A stretch of DNA of 64,000 bases, from positions 255,538-319,537 of the forward strand of contig JAAOMT010000128.1 in NCBI GenBank assembly GCA_016748015.1. Direction: 5' to 3'. A model generated the notes under the pieces. The model saw only the letters and a program-made list of their open reading frames with translations. It was not told the DNA's origin and did not search any database. The position numbers and the translations under genes are program-made. Positions within the stretch are counted from its first letter, which is position 1. Every line of letters starts with the position of its first letter. This document shows positions 11,854 through 26,100 of this stretch, one piece after another. The DNA is from Geosiphon pyriformis uo1 (taxonomy: Eukaryota > Fungi > Glomeromycota).

Positions 11854-14602
11854 TTTTTTTTTTTTTTTTTTTTTTTTTATTAATATTTAACAAGTAAGGT
11901 TTAAATGTTACTTAGCATAATACATTATACAAAGTGATCTAAACTAGATGCAAATCATGTACTTTTTACATGTAACCAGCCACTCAAACCAATCAAGACA
12001 ACACTACAAATTTATTACAACAGACACTATATCATTAAGATTAGCAAGAAAACAAGATGGTTTACAAAGACCAAAGCCAATGTCAAAAGCCTTAGCAATA
12101 CTAAACAACCTAATAACTCCAACTAAAAGCAAAGAAGATAGGCCACAAACAACAGAAAAATTTAAGCCATTATCCACAATTAGATCCTTTTTTTTTATAA
12201 ATGCCTTATATTTAGTTCTAACTGACTATATCTTAGCATAATGAGCCATTTCTAAGCCACAAACAAAATTAATGATGTTCTTACTGGCAAATTTAACATT
12301 ATTAAAAACCTTTACAGCTTCAACAAACCAATTTTTGAACAGAAAACCTTTACACAATACAATGTACAAAACATCATTGAAAGCACACAGATAAAGCATC
12401 TGCAAGACCTAAAATGACAGTCTAAACCTAACAAAATACCCCACTTAGCACAAAATGCTGCAAGCAAGTCACCACGCATTTCAGAGTCAAATGTACAAAT
12501 AAAAAAATGATCAGAATTTTCAATCTTTCTGCAATAAAGACACAAAACACTAGGGTAATTTTTGTTATATAAGCACTTTCGAACAGCAATTAGCAAACAA
12601 TAATATAAGACTTTTATGAAGTAAGAATGCAAACTAGCTGTTGATTTACTTGTAAAACTCACCAAAATATAAGAGTCAAAATGCCAAACCAAAACCATAC
12701 AAATCCAATTCATATTACCAACTAAGCAATTGTTAATAACTTCAGAACCAGAGCCAAATGTCCAGCTAGCATAATGAACATATCCAAAAACCCTTCTAGT
12801 AAAACAGTGAACATTTCCAGACACCATTGTCCCACCAGCCCTAATAAACTTATCTTTAATCAGAACTGAAAGCACAAGATCTGAACCAGCAGCCATACAA
12901 GCCAGCTCATCAACATGGTTATTATCCAAAACACCTGAATGTTTTTTAACTTTGCACCAAGAAATACTTAGCCCCTTATCTCTAATAGCCATCACAATAC
13001 CATGCCATTCTATTCAACAACAATTCCAAAAATCTGGTGAAATTAGAGCTGACTCAGTAACATAAGCATCCAAGACAGCTTGACTGTTTGAGTATACTAC
13101 AACCAAGCTGCTGGGAAGAACACACAACAAAGCCAGAGAAATAGCCTACAACTTCATTAGTATAGAAAACACCAACTCATTAACTCTAATGCCAATACTC
13201 AGATTTAAGTCAGAAAAATAGACAGCTGCCTCACAACCCAGCTTATGCATACCTAAATTCCTCAAAGACTCATTAGTATAGACATTAACAATGTCTAAAT
13301 TAGCAGCCAAAAGATTTTACTTCAAACCAGAGAATTTTTCAGAGCCACAAACATCTAAAGACTGAGAACTGATATTAATTGCCATAGCAGAAAATAAAAA
13401 CTTGGCCAAAAAACTATATGCTAAACTAAACCAATGAAAAATCAGATCTCTTGGATCAAGTCTCTTTTAACAGCAAAAACTCTTCCAATCCAAGACTAAT
13501 CTTTTCTTATTATACAATTGTTCCACAAAAGTGAAACCAAATCTTTTGAGTAAACATGAAACATTATAAAACATCTGATTTCCTAAAACAATAAACATCA
13601 GAGTGCTACCAGAAAAATGGAAAGCAGACAGAAGAAAATTGTTCAGAGACATATTACAATCCAAAAATATCCTTATAATATCAGCCAAGAAATTATTGGC
13701 CAAATTGATACACAACTTTACAGGCCGATGCAAAAGATGAATGAGAGACCAACTCAAAACTTGCAGATTTAGATACTTATGATTAAACAGTTGGCTAACA
13801 AGCCCATTAGCATTTGAGAAATTCATCACAGATGCAACTTTGCTTTTAGCTTGCAATTGCTCAAATGATTTCAAATCATACAAAGAAGAGTAATAGAGAG
13901 CTTTATTAAAAAAATCTCTTAGAAGGCCAGTTTTTGATTTTAAACTTTTCCTAATCAATATATCCCATTTAGCATATATGCTCTTAGAAATAAAACTAAA
14001 CTGAGTTCTATAGCTAACAATAGGCTGTAACACAGCTAAGACCAGATAGAAAAATTGCTTGTTCAAAACAGTCTTTCTCAGAACCAAATTAACAAAAAAC
14101 CTGACATCTGAATAAGTCTTTGCCAAACTAGGTTTGGACAAACTTTTAGATAATAAAAAAATTCCAAGATACCTATAAGAATCTTCTTTACAAACAATTG
14201 AGTTTGGCAAACCACTAATTGACAAAGATACTTCCCTAACTCTCTGGTTTATAAAGATGACCACAGTTTTTTTATTATTAATAGAAATATTATTTACTCT
14301 AAAAAACTCATTAGCAATATCCAAAATATATTAAATGGCCACTTGGCTATTTTCCATCCAAATTGTGTTGTCAATAAAAGCACCAGCTATTAGAAATAAA
14401 ATTAACCCACTTTGGCCCTTTAATTTCTCAGTTCTAGCAACAAATTTTGTGTCAATCTGGTAGTCACACAAACTTTCCTGTTTTTTAACCTTATATAAAA
14501 GGGGATCATAGAAAATCCTCTATAATAAAGAAGAAAACACTTCACTTTGGTCAAGACTATCATGCATTTAGTATTCATCTGTCAGACCAAAATCAGTCAC
14601 AA
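11854..14602 (-). mobile_element. LINE 3' portion (end of RT, RNase H, Cys finger, poly-A), interrupted by Gypsy A
   Basis: ORFs 13467-14324 and 12312-12995 (KVKKHSGVLDNN; CLYCRKIENSDHFFIC) are homologous to 5342-7059. The sequence breaks in the VxTDFG RT region exactly where the LTR starts. Confidence 0.85.
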
Positions 14603-15295
14603 TATTACAAGTTGGAGTAATAAGCTAATAGATAACAAGGAAAAACAAGATTGTAGGGTAATGAAAAAAATCAAAAAAAATTTAACTTCAAAAAGTGAAT
14701 TGAATGAGTATGGATTCAATGTGCAAGATCAGTCTTATAAAATATCTCAGTTATTATACTTTTCTAAAAATAACCAGAGAATCTGAAGGTAAAGAGATAG
14801 TCTGTACTGTTAACAAATGATTACATACTGGTATAATTCTATGTCTTACATTAATGCTCTTAGAATTTAATATCAAGTATCAGATATACTCTTCAGTTAC
14901 ATTTTATTCAATAATTTTCAAATACTGCAATTACACGTTTCAGAAAAAGAGTAAGAAATAACCAACAAGTAATCTTTTATCCTAAAATATTTAGATACTT
15001 AAAGGTAAGGAAAGGAAAATTAATGATAAAAGAATAATTGAGATGAAAGTTGTTATTTTATTTATTTTTTTTCTTTGATTTTTGACATACTTTTCTACAA
15101 CTAAAAGATTCATTGCTTATATAGCTATTAAAAGTGGTCAATAATCAGGTCAATGACTAGGTCAATGATCAGGTCAACAGTCAGATCATTGATCAGGTCA
15201 ATGATCATTTTCTAAAAATAGAATGGCTAATTTATATGACATCAATGACTAATACATATAATAATTAATAAAAAGTATAAGTTTCAACCATAATA
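14603..15295 (-). repeat. 3' LTR of Gypsy A (693 bp)
   Basis: Direct repeat of 21625-22267. Mutated TG..CA termini (TATTACAAGTTG / CAACCATAATA). Purine tract GAAGAAGATGA on the minus strand immediately internal (15296-15306). Confidence 0.88.
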
Positions 15296-18200
15296 TCATC
15301 TTCTTCAAAGAGATTGAGCTTTAACAAAATCAAACTATTCATGGTGTAATCTATTTGAAAAGTTTTATTTAACTCAAAGCTAACTAGTTTGTTGAAGTTT
15401 TTTGTGAATAAAGTATATAGTATTTGAGGTGAAATGAGTTTTGTATCCAAAAGACTAAATCTTTGTATTAGAGTTTTGGCTCTGTTAGCAATAGTTAAAA
15501 CTCTTGGGACATTTAACTGTATAATGTCCAAAATTTCTGCCTGTATCTCTGAAGTTGTTTTCTTCATGAGTTTTATATCCTCTATGATTTCTCCAAGGCG
15601 ACCATAAAGTTCTAATTGCCTTCCATATGACAAGTTTTTGTCTATAAGTAAGATTTCTTGAAGTGTTTTTTCAATTGTGCTGAAAAATGAGAGTATAGCT
15701 GCTGTTATACTTTCTAACAGATATTTATCCATTTTGCTACCAATTTTTTTTCTTCTGATAGTAGTTTTCTTTGGTCTAATAACAGTATGTATTCTACTGT
15801 TATCAATTATAGTGGTTTGTTTTCCAATAGTCAGAGTAGCATTTGGATAGTTTTTGATTCAATACTTATGGAGAGTATAGAAGACATTTTGAATGTTTTA
15901 ATTCAGAAAATAATTGTTCATGCTAATTAAAGATACCTGTTTTTGAAATGGTGCATTTATTTATACCTGATTTTTGCTGATCATTTGAGTTGGTATTACC
16001 ACAACAGGCAACTAATCAGGTCGTTTATGATATTTCTTGAGTCGTGTACTATAAACAGAATGATCATTGAAGATTGTTCTAGATTGATCTTAAAAAATAT
16101 AAAAACCATTGTTTAAAACTTTGTTGACTATAAAGAGTCCTTTCTATCAGCTAGAGAATTTATTACCATAGACATTGTCTCTGTCTGAATGGTATTCTAA
16201 TATCAAGTTGCCAACACTTAAAGAAAGTGTTTTATAGGTTTTTTTTTTCTTAAGCTTTTTTTGGAACTGTTTTATTTTTTCAAAAGCAATTATTTGTGCT
16301 TCTACCAAGGAGTCAAGAATGGTACCAAGTCTTTTTTGCAAAATATCTTTGTAATTTGCTATTGTGATCTCTTCAAAAAGTATTGTTTTAATATCAGTTT
16401 CTATTGGTAGTATTGCCATGCATTCATAGAGCAAATAAAAAGATTCATAACTTGTTATGTTATGATTTACAGTTCTATAAGCAAACAAAGCTAAAGGCAG
16501 TACTTTGTCTCATAAGTTTGTTTCTTCACTGGTTTTGGTTAGGGTTTCATATAGTGTTTTATTAAAACGTTTTACTAAGCTATTTGTTTGAAAGTGATAA
16601 AAGGAGGAAAGTTTATGATGTATTCCCATTTTTCTACAAAGTTCTTTAACCAGTGTACTGAATAAAGCTCTTCTTTTATCAGATAAAAGTTCTTTGGGGC
16701 AGCCATGATGGCAAATAATATCTTTATAAATGAAATTGGCTATTGAGACTGCTGTTTGGTCAGAAGTGGCTTTTGCTTTTACCCACTTTGTAAAATAGTC
16801 AGTAGCTGTAATAATGTATCTGTTGCCATCAGGAGTTATTGTTAAAGGTTTAACAACATCTATACCAATTCTGTCAAATGGTTGACCAACAGAGATTGGA
16901 TGGATATTTTCTTTGTGATTGGGTTTGCCTCTTTTTTGGCAGATGTCACAGGTTTTGATGTATTTAGCAATGTTCTTTTCCAAGATAGGCCATAATAGTG
17001 AGCTAAAGTTTTCTAAATTGTCTTTGTTTTTCCAAAGTGTCTAGCTAATAGGTCAGTGTACATGTTGTATATTACAATTTCTCTTTCTTTAAATCTGATG
17101 ACTCTTTGAGGATAGTTAGGATCTTTTTTATTTTTTTTATATAGCTGGTTTTGACAAATCAAATAGAAATTTAATTGTTTGTGCAAATGTTTTCTTTACT
17201 GCCAAGTGTATTCTGGTGGGTATTGTCCTTTACCCAAAAATTTTATTAAGGCAGAGTAGTTGTCCAAGTTCATTATTGTGTTTGTTTGTGAAGGAGTTAC
17301 TAATAATTAAGTTGGTTTGGTTTGAGAAATTGTACTATCACTGAATGGTAAGTCTAAAGAAAGCATCAGCATTTTGATAATTTGTTTCTTTGCAGTGTTA
17401 AATATTATAGTTGAATTCATCCAAATGAAGTATTCAGTAAATTATTTGTTTGTGTTCTAGCTTTTTTTTATTGTATAGCCAAACCAAGACTTGATGATCT
17501 GTTACCACTAAAAATTTTGCACCAAGAAGATATTGATTCCAGTAACTAGTAGTCCAAACTACTGCTAAACATTTTTGTTTAGTAACTGAATAGTTTTTTT
17601 TTGCTAATGTAAAGGATCTACTGGCATATATTATGGCATGTTCTCTGCCATTTTCATTTTTTTGTGAAAAGACAGCACCAAGTTCATAGCCAGATACATT
17701 AGTGTAGAGGATAAAAAATTGGTCCAGATTAGGTTGCTTGAGAATTGGTTTAGTAACAAGTTTTTCCTTTAGAATTTCAAAAACTTTTTGTTGATAAGTG
17801 CTCCAGTGATAATTGACATTTTTTCTGAGTAGCTAATTGAGAGGAAAGGCAATTTTGAAGAAATTCTTGATAAATTTGTGATAATATAAAGCCAAACCAA
17901 GGAAAGAGCATAGTTCAGGAACATTTATTGGTTGTTTAATGTTTTGAACTTTTTCAACTTTAGCTGGGTCAGGGAAGATTCCATCTTTTGTAATAAGATA
18001 ACCAAAGAATTGGGTGAATTGGTGTCTAAAAAAAGATTTGGTTGGGTTGATTTTAAGATCAGCATTTTTAAGCAGGTCAAAAATTTTCTGCAAATGTTCA
18101 AAATGTTCATCCCAGGTTTTTGAGTAGACTATTATGTTATCTAAGTAAACCAGAATAAAGTTTTCTTTTATTGATTCAAATACTTTGTTCATTAGGTGTT

Positions 18201-21200
18201 AAAAGGTGGAAGAAGTATTGATAAGACCAAAAGACATGACTGTAAATTTATAGATGCCATACTTGGTGATGAAGACAGTTTTTTTTCTGCTTTCTGGATC
18301 TATCTTTATTTGCCAGAATCCAGCAGTTAAGTCAATAGTTGAGAAAAAAACAGCACCATTAAATTTATCTAATATTGCATTAATTTTAGGAAGTAGATAC
18401 ATGTCTCTTATAGTAATAGCATTTAGTTGACAGTAGTCAACACAGAAGCATAAGGTTCCATCTTTTTTAGATACCACTACAACTGGGAAAGCCTATTCAC
18501 TCTTGGTTTTTTGTATGAATTCAAGATTTTTCATCCAGTTTATCTCTTTCTTAATAAACTCATCATTATGTCAATTGGATTGATAAGGCTTCAAATAGAT
18601 GGGATGAGTTTTTTTTGTGGTGATGATGTGTTGTATTACATGAGTTTGTCTAGGAGTATCACTTTCTTTTAAGATAACTGGGCTATTCCTAGCCAACAGA
18701 TTTTTAATGTTCACTTTTCTTTCTTTAAAAGAAGGTTTTTTTTGTTCTACAATTAGTAATTGGATTTCAAGTAGTTTACTCTTAAAAAACTTCTGTACTT
18801 CTTTTAGTTCTTTTCTGAATATCAAACTAATTGGCTCCCAATTTTTGTAATAGATTAGGCAAGACTTGTATTCATTACTAAGGGAATACAAAGGTTTATT
18901 ATACTAGTATCTGGCATAAGGACCATGCTACCAATAGTTGTATTTTGCTTTCTTGTCAGATTTTTTGTCAAAGGTTCTTCTGAGGATATTATAGTAAGGC
19001 CAGCAGATTAGCTTGCTATTTACCATGATTTCTTTTTTGTCAGTCTTAACATTGTCCAGTGATTTGTCATTGCTGGTGAAAATAATATAGATGAATTTAG
19101 CAATTTTTTTTTGTTCTTCTTGATCTTTTTTTTTATTACTCTCATTATCATTTGATTTATTTGATTGTTTTTCTTCTTGGTTCTATTTGGATACTGGAGA
19201 GATTGTCCAATGACAGTACTTAACTACAATGGATTTCTTACCACATCTAATGATTAGTTCACAGAGTTCATAATTAAGCAAGGCTTTTGCTTTCTTGAGC
19301 CATTCATTGTTAACTATTATGATGTATTCTTTTGCTTCAGATACCTCCATGTTAGTTTTAATGCTGATGTCATTGATTCAGACAGGAACAGCTTTGGCTA
19401 TGCCCAAATCTTTCTTCTTGTTACCATGTATATTAGTTATTGGTTTTATGAATGGTTTATCAATCTTTCTGCCAATTGCTTCTAAAAAGTGTTTGGCAAT
19501 AACACTAACAGATGATCCACTGTTTAGGATCAGATCAATGAAGTAACCAGCCACTTGGGCTTTACAAATAAGAGGAGTAACATTGCTGTTGTTAGCAAGT
19601 TCAGCTTGATGTGGGCACTTGTTGGTTTTTGGTGTCTTTTTTTTGAGAATTAAAGATTTGCAAAGGTCTTTTCTGAATTGGAGATGGGTCATTAACTGGC
19701 CAAAGATAATATAAGCAGGTGTTTTCATGAGATTTTTAACAACAGAATAGGATCCAGATTTTTGTACAATTTTTGAAAATTCCAACTTTGGAGAATTCTT
19801 AAAAACTTTAGCCTTTAATAGCTCATTGTTATCAACAGTTGATTTGGATGCCTTGTTTGGGTCCAGAGCAAAATCAACCTTGGCTTTTTTCTTCTTTCTG
19901 GTTGATTCAAAGGTGTTGATTGCTAGTTCATCTATATTATGGTCATTATTAGTTAGGTTAAAAGCATAAAAGGGGTTTTTTTCTGGTTGGCTTGCACTCT
20001 TACTCTTTGAAGATGTGTCTACTAGTTTAAAGGCTGATAAACAGTGGCTTCAACTAAGGGATCCTCTCCAAAGAAATTGATGTTGACATGATTGGGTCAT
20101 TGGTTGGAAACATTGTTGTTGATAATTCTGTTGTTTTAATTGTCATTGTTTCTGGAAGCTGAAGAAGGCAGGAGAGGATTGTTGTAATCTCTGGAAAAAT
20201 GTTCAGTTAATTCACAGTGATAATACATAGGTGGGCCACAATTTTGTTGTCTTTAATAAGAGAGTTGCTGGAATTAATTAAAATGGGGTTTAAATCTGGA
20301 TCTTTGGGGTTGTTGATTTTCTCTGACTGCTTGGGTTAAGAGTTCTAGTAACTGGGCAAAATTAGCTGTGAGTCTATTTATTAACTGTTCATTTGAGTCT
20401 TAAGTTTGGGTAGCAAAAGAGGTAGTAGTCATTTGGGGAGCAGAAGCCATAACAAGAGCAGAAACAAAAACTGGAAGTGTGAATCCCAAGTGCATCCTTT
20501 GGTTGTCTTCAATTTGTTGGGCAAGTTCAATGACCATGTCCATTGTGGAATTATTTTTCAGTACCAAGAGAAACCAAAGAGCATAAGAAAGATCAGTTTT
20601 TAATTCTTTTGTAAAAGAATAAATCTTTTGTTCTTCTGTCCAGTTTCTTTCAAAATCTACTTACTTGATTAATTTTTTGATTGCTTTGGCATACTCAGTT
20701 ACAACTTCACCAGAATCTTGAGTTTTTTTTTCTAATTCTATATGCCATTTGAATATTAAGATAGGAGTTTTAAATTTAGTTTCAAACCAGATTATGAAAG
20801 AAGTGTTTTCTTCTTTAGCATTTGTTGGTGCCCATCTAATGATTTTTTGGTAAGCACCAGCATCAGTTTTTTGTGAGAATCAAGTAGCAGAAAAGCCTTA
20901 GAGGTAGCCACCAACAATTTGGAACTTGTATTCATTATCATATTGGTTGGTTGTGGCAGCTTTTTCAAAGTCATCCAATCATTCAATTGGATCTTGTGTA
21001 TTATCTCTGAATAATGGTAGTGGAGTATTGTTTCTTCACCCTAAAGCAGTTTGTATGTCTTGGAAGATGATCAGGATGTTTTGTTATATGGAGTCATTAG
21101 CCATTAGTTCAGAAGTAACTGTTTGTATAGAATGTTCTGATTCACTTAAGAAAAGATCAAAAACAAAAGCAGTTTGATAGTTTTCTTCTTTTGTTTCAAG

Positions 21201-21600
21201 TGAAGTCTCAACTAATTAATGGGCAGTAATCCAAAAATAGATTTAATGATTCAAATATTTGAAATCAGGGGGCTGTTGTTCAAAGGTTATTGAGTATAAA
21301 AGTTGATTAATGCTGTTGTTTTTTTCTTTAAAGTTGTTTTCAAGATAAGCTTGGTTAAAATAGTAAGTTGTATAGGCTGTGTAAGTTTCAGCTGAATGCT
21401 CATTCAGAAACCAGTTCCAAAAGTCTTGGAATTGTCTGCTAGATTGTTTTTCAATGAAAAAGCAAATCAAGCAGGAGGACAAAAAATTGAGTTCAATAAA
21501 GTCTAAATCGTTTTTGTTATGTGCTTTAAAGTGTTTTTCTAATTGTTGTGAGAAGTATGAATAATTACCCATATAATAGAAAACAAAGTAGAATTTGACA

Positions 21601-21618
21601 ATCTTACAGAGAGCACCA
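21601..21618 (-). promoter_or_regulatory. Primer-binding site of Gypsy A (TGGTGCTCTCTGTAAGAT)
   Basis: TGG-initiated 18-mer 6 nt from the LTR end; 17/18 identical to the PBS of element B. Confidence 0.75.
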
Positions 21619-21624
21619 CTTTTA

Positions 21625-22267
21625 TGTTATGGGTTGGAGTAACAAGCTAACAGATAACAAGGGAGAACAAGATTGTAGAGTAATGAAAGAAATCAAAAAG
21701 AATTCAACTTCAAAGAGCAAATTGAATGAGTATGGATTCAATGTGCAAGATCAATCTCATAAAATATCTCAGTTACTGTACTTTTTTAAAAATAACTGGG
21801 GAATCTAAAGATAGAAAAATAGTCCATACTGTTAACAAATGATCACACTGGTATAATTTTATGCCTTATATTGACACTCTTAAAATTCAATATCAGGTAT
21901 CAAATGTACTCTTTAGTCACATTTTATTCAATAATCTTCAAATGCTGCAATTACACATTTCAAAAAAAGAGTAAGAAATAACTAACAAGTAATCTTTTAT
22001 CCCAAAATGTTCAGATACTTAAAGGTAGGGAAAGAGAAATTAGTGATAAAAAAATAATTGAGATAAAAGTTGTTATTTTATTTATTTTTTTTCTTTGATT
22101 CTTAACATATTTTTTTACAGCTAAGAGATTTATTGCTTATATAGCTATGAAAAATAGTCAATGATTAGGTCAATGATCAGATTAATAGTTAGGTTATTAA
22201 TCAGGTCAATGATCACTTTCTAAAAATAGAGTGGCTAATTTATATGACATCAGTAGCTAATACATGT
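21625..22267 (-). repeat. 5' LTR of Gypsy A, missing its outer ~36 bp where element B begins
   Basis: Aligns with 14603-15259, then switches abruptly to TGTTACTCATAG (LTR of B). Confidence 0.85.
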
Positions 22268-23121
22268 TGTTACTCATAGAAATATAGAAAATATATATTA
22301 GCATAGTTATTAACCAATCAGAAGTAGACGTAGTAAAATGTGGAATTTCAGAATTCCTCTTAGGAATTGCAGGATTCTAGGAATTACAGAATTCTCACAA
22401 GGAATCGCAAGATTCCAGAATTCTAGGATTCCTCTCAAAAGAATTGCAGAATTCCAGGAATCCCAGGATTTCTGTTGTAAAGAATTGAGGAATTAAGGAA
22501 TCTCAATTATGTATATATAGCAGTAGGATTAGAAGCTAAAAAAACAGACTTTGAAGTTTAGATTTCATCTAGACAACTTTCCAAATCACAAATAAATAAC
22601 TGTTTGTTATCTCAAACTCACTGTCACTATCAACACTTTATGTTGATAGTAATTGATACTTAACCATGCTAGAACAATAGCTCTTGATCATGGCTATTGA
22701 CAGAATACTAACTTGTAAATTGCCTTGGCTTATTTCTTTTCTTTCTTTATTTTTCTTTATTTTTTTTCTTTATTTTATTTTGATTTTATTGTTGTGCACT
22801 AATTGGTTGAATAAAGTGCTAGATTACTGACATCAAGGATTGCCTGGTAAAAAACTCCTGCAAAAGAGTAGGACATGTACAGCAGATACAGAATACTTAC
22901 CAGAGGATTGCTGGCCATCATGCCAAGAGAAGAATTGACAGAATTGCAATTCTGGGAAGCTACAGATAAAACAACTATTAAATCTCTGTCTATTATACAA
23001 AGAACTCAAACCAAAACCTTCAGATACAAAACCTTTAGAGCACTATCAATTGCAACTAGATTTGAGTACCAAGTTATGGGTTTGTTATTTAATCCAATAC
23101 CAGAAGTAGTCACCTGTAATA
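22268..23121 (+). repeat. 5' LTR of Gypsy B (854 bp)
   Basis: TGTTAC...GTAATA (mutated GTAACA); repeated at 31571-32407; followed by TT + PBS. Confidence 0.9.
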
Positions 23122-23123
23122 TT

Positions 23124-23141
23124 TGGTGCTCCCTGTAAGAT
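23124..23141 (+). promoter_or_regulatory. Primer-binding site of Gypsy B (TGGTGCTCCCTGTAAGAT)
   Basis: 2 nt after the LTR end; begins with TGG, complementary to tRNA CCA. Confidence 0.8.
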
Positions 23142-26100
23142 ATAATCCTACAGAGAACCAGCATTAACAACCCTATCCAAAAGTGGCAGAATCAAAAAAA
23201 GTCAAAGCAAACCATCTAAGATTTGCGAAATCCTTATTTTAATATTACTGTTAACATTTGGGATTAACCCATAATCACATATCAGCAGAATCAGCTTTCA
23301 ATTTCTACATTAATGAAAAAATTGCCTATCTGTTGAGAACATCCGTGAATATTAAATCAGCGAGAGAAACTTTTTACAACAAATTAATTCAAAACACCAG
23401 CCTACCCATAAATCATAATTTTGCTTCCATTATTACTGAGATCAACAAAGAAATTGAACACCACACACAGCAAAGATACCCAATTACTTACACAAGTAAA
23501 GGCAAAGAAAAACCACAAATACCAGCAGTAACATCTCAAAGGATACAACCACCCACTTAGAAGAAAACTAGAGTTGAGTCCCCAAACAACCCATCCTACC
23601 ACTATACTCTTAGAAGTGCCATTAATATATTATCAACAGACATGTCCACATCAAATGTGACATCAGTATTTGGACATTTCCCATTTCAAAGTAAACAAAA
23701 AAAAAAGGATCTACTAGAACCATATGGCGAGTATTTTGAAGGATTTAAATTTTGATCACCAATGCCATCAGGATTTCGATCACCACCATCTCACCCAAAT
23801 TTTGGAATTGCGAATTCTTAGAAAATTACTAAATCGGAAGAAGGACAAAAAGTAGAAGAGGAAAAAAAATCTGAAGATCACGAATTTACTTACCAAAACC
23901 CAATCTTAAAAAACCCAGAAAGTGAAACTCCGAACTTTCAAACCCAGCCCAATTTAGACAATTCAGAAAACGACACTCTGAATATTCAAACTCCACCAAA
24001 TCAGAACAATCCAAACTCCAAAGTAATTAATCAACACTTACCTTCAGTTATCATTATCAATTAACCACCTGTTGAACCAATTGGCCAGCCCATCTAACCA
24101 CAGAACTAACAAAATCAACAACAACCACCAGTACTGTCTCAACAACAACAACAACTTCCACCACCACAGCAACAACAAATGACTTACACATCCATCATGA
24201 AACTCAACAAATTCAATGGTGAAGAAGACGATGTCCAAGTCTGGTTAAATAACGTAGCCAAAGCCATTACAGCCAATAATTGGGATGATACTAGAGTGAT
24301 GCAAGTAATTTCTTACTTTCTCCAGAATATTGCTGATGCATAGTATTAAAGTCTTGCTGTCAAATCCCAAAATTTTAATGGATTCAAAACTGAATTCTTG
24401 TGGTACTTTAGCAACAATAATAGTATCAACAAATTAGCCAATATCTTTACAATAATTAGACAAGGAGACACTGAAGCAGTCACTACCTACTTGGGATGCT
24501 TCCATAGAAATCTATGCCAAATACAAGCCATTCAAGCCAACTATTTTACAGCACCACAGATTTTAAATCAATTTATTAGAGCATTGTGCAGTAGCATCCT
24601 ACAACAAATACGTTCAATGCACCCAGTGAACCTTCTAACCACAGTCACATACACCAGAGATTTTGAAACAGCTGAACTAGAAGCTAATCATGCTCAAGCT
24701 GTGAATCTAGCAATGAATGGATCATCTGAATTGGATTCCAAATTGAAGCAATTCAGTGATTCAATTAATCAGAAATTAGAGGGATACTTAGCTGACAATC
24801 GCACAATTTATCAACCTTCTCAATGGCATAACAATCAGGGAAACGCAAATCATTTCCAAAATCAGTTATATCCATCATCATTATCCAATCAGTTATGGCA
24901 GCCAGAGACGTGCATCTGCCACAACTGTGGTAAACAAGAGCACATTAGAGCCAACTGCCATACTTATAGCAATTCACAATCAGGAAATCAATATAGAAAC
25001 CCCAATTGCCAGTTCCAGATTCCGAACCATTACCCAAATCAAGACCAATACCAATCCACTTACCTGCCTATGACACACCAACCAATTTATCAACTGCCAA
25101 TTCATCAAACTCCAGTTTATCAACTGCAGCCACAAGCAATTTATCAGACACAGTCACAAATAATATATCAACCACAGCCACCAGCAATCTATCAAACACT
25201 CACATTTAAACACCACCAGCAAATCCAGCTCAAATAACATCAGGGAACCCAAGATTAAGAATCACCCAAAACTGGAGATCGGCAATGGTTGTACATCAAC
25301 CAATTTCCAGCTCTTTCCACCAACAATCAGAATCTCATCAGCAGAATTCGGGTACCAGTCCCACCCAAAACCTGAATTTCCAATACTATTTAAGCCTCTT
25401 GGTAACTTCAGAAGATGCCACATCCAGCAATTAGGGAATTGAATAACAACAACCATCTATCAATAATATTTCACCTGCTACAATTACTGAAAATGAATCT
25501 TTGGATGCCATCTTTCTATTCGAACTTGAAGAACTATCAGATATGTTATTATTTAGTGGAGCTACACTTGAAGAGAAACCGATCACTGCCATGTATACAG
25601 ATGCCAAGGTCAATAACCATTCCATCAAATTAATTCTTGACAGTGGTTCAGCAGGCAGCATCATTACATGACAACTCATGGATCAATTAGGTCACCGAGT
25701 TGATTGTGTTGTCAGCACCAAGATTATCACCGCAGATGGAACCACCAAAACCCCAATTGGCAAAATCAATGACTTCCCAATTGAAGTTAATGGCATCATA
25801 GTACCCATCAAAGTTTTAGTAATAGAAGTCACCCAATACCAAGCTTTAGTTGGTAATGACTGGCTATCCAAAACCAACACCATGCTTGATTGAATGACTC
25901 AAGAACTAGTACTCAGCCAGAATAGTCAACACATGCGAGTACCAGCAACATGTGGTCACTTCAAAGCTACCAACACCACAGTACCACTAATTGATCTTGA
26001 AGAAAAAAAACCAAAACCTACCTGGGAAATGTATCAAGTCTTGTGGGCTGACGAAGAACACAACAAGCTGTCACCAATACTCTTATGAGATGACAATGGC

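Larger units (their letters stand above)
14603..22267 (-). mobile_element. Ty3/Gypsy LTR retrotransposon A (inactivated)
   Basis: Two LTRs, PBS and PPT. Domain order gag (20792-21572), protease (LILNSGSSVSVI, 19378-19785), RT (18199-18477, VYLDNI 17833-18192), RNase H, integrase (CDICQ, IGIDVV, 16147-16983) is the Gypsy order. Confidence 0.92.

Noticed and set aside
22341-22500. Palindromic GAATTC-rich repeats as a CRISPR array
   Set aside because: No unique spacers or cas genes; eukaryotic context; duplicated in both LTRs.
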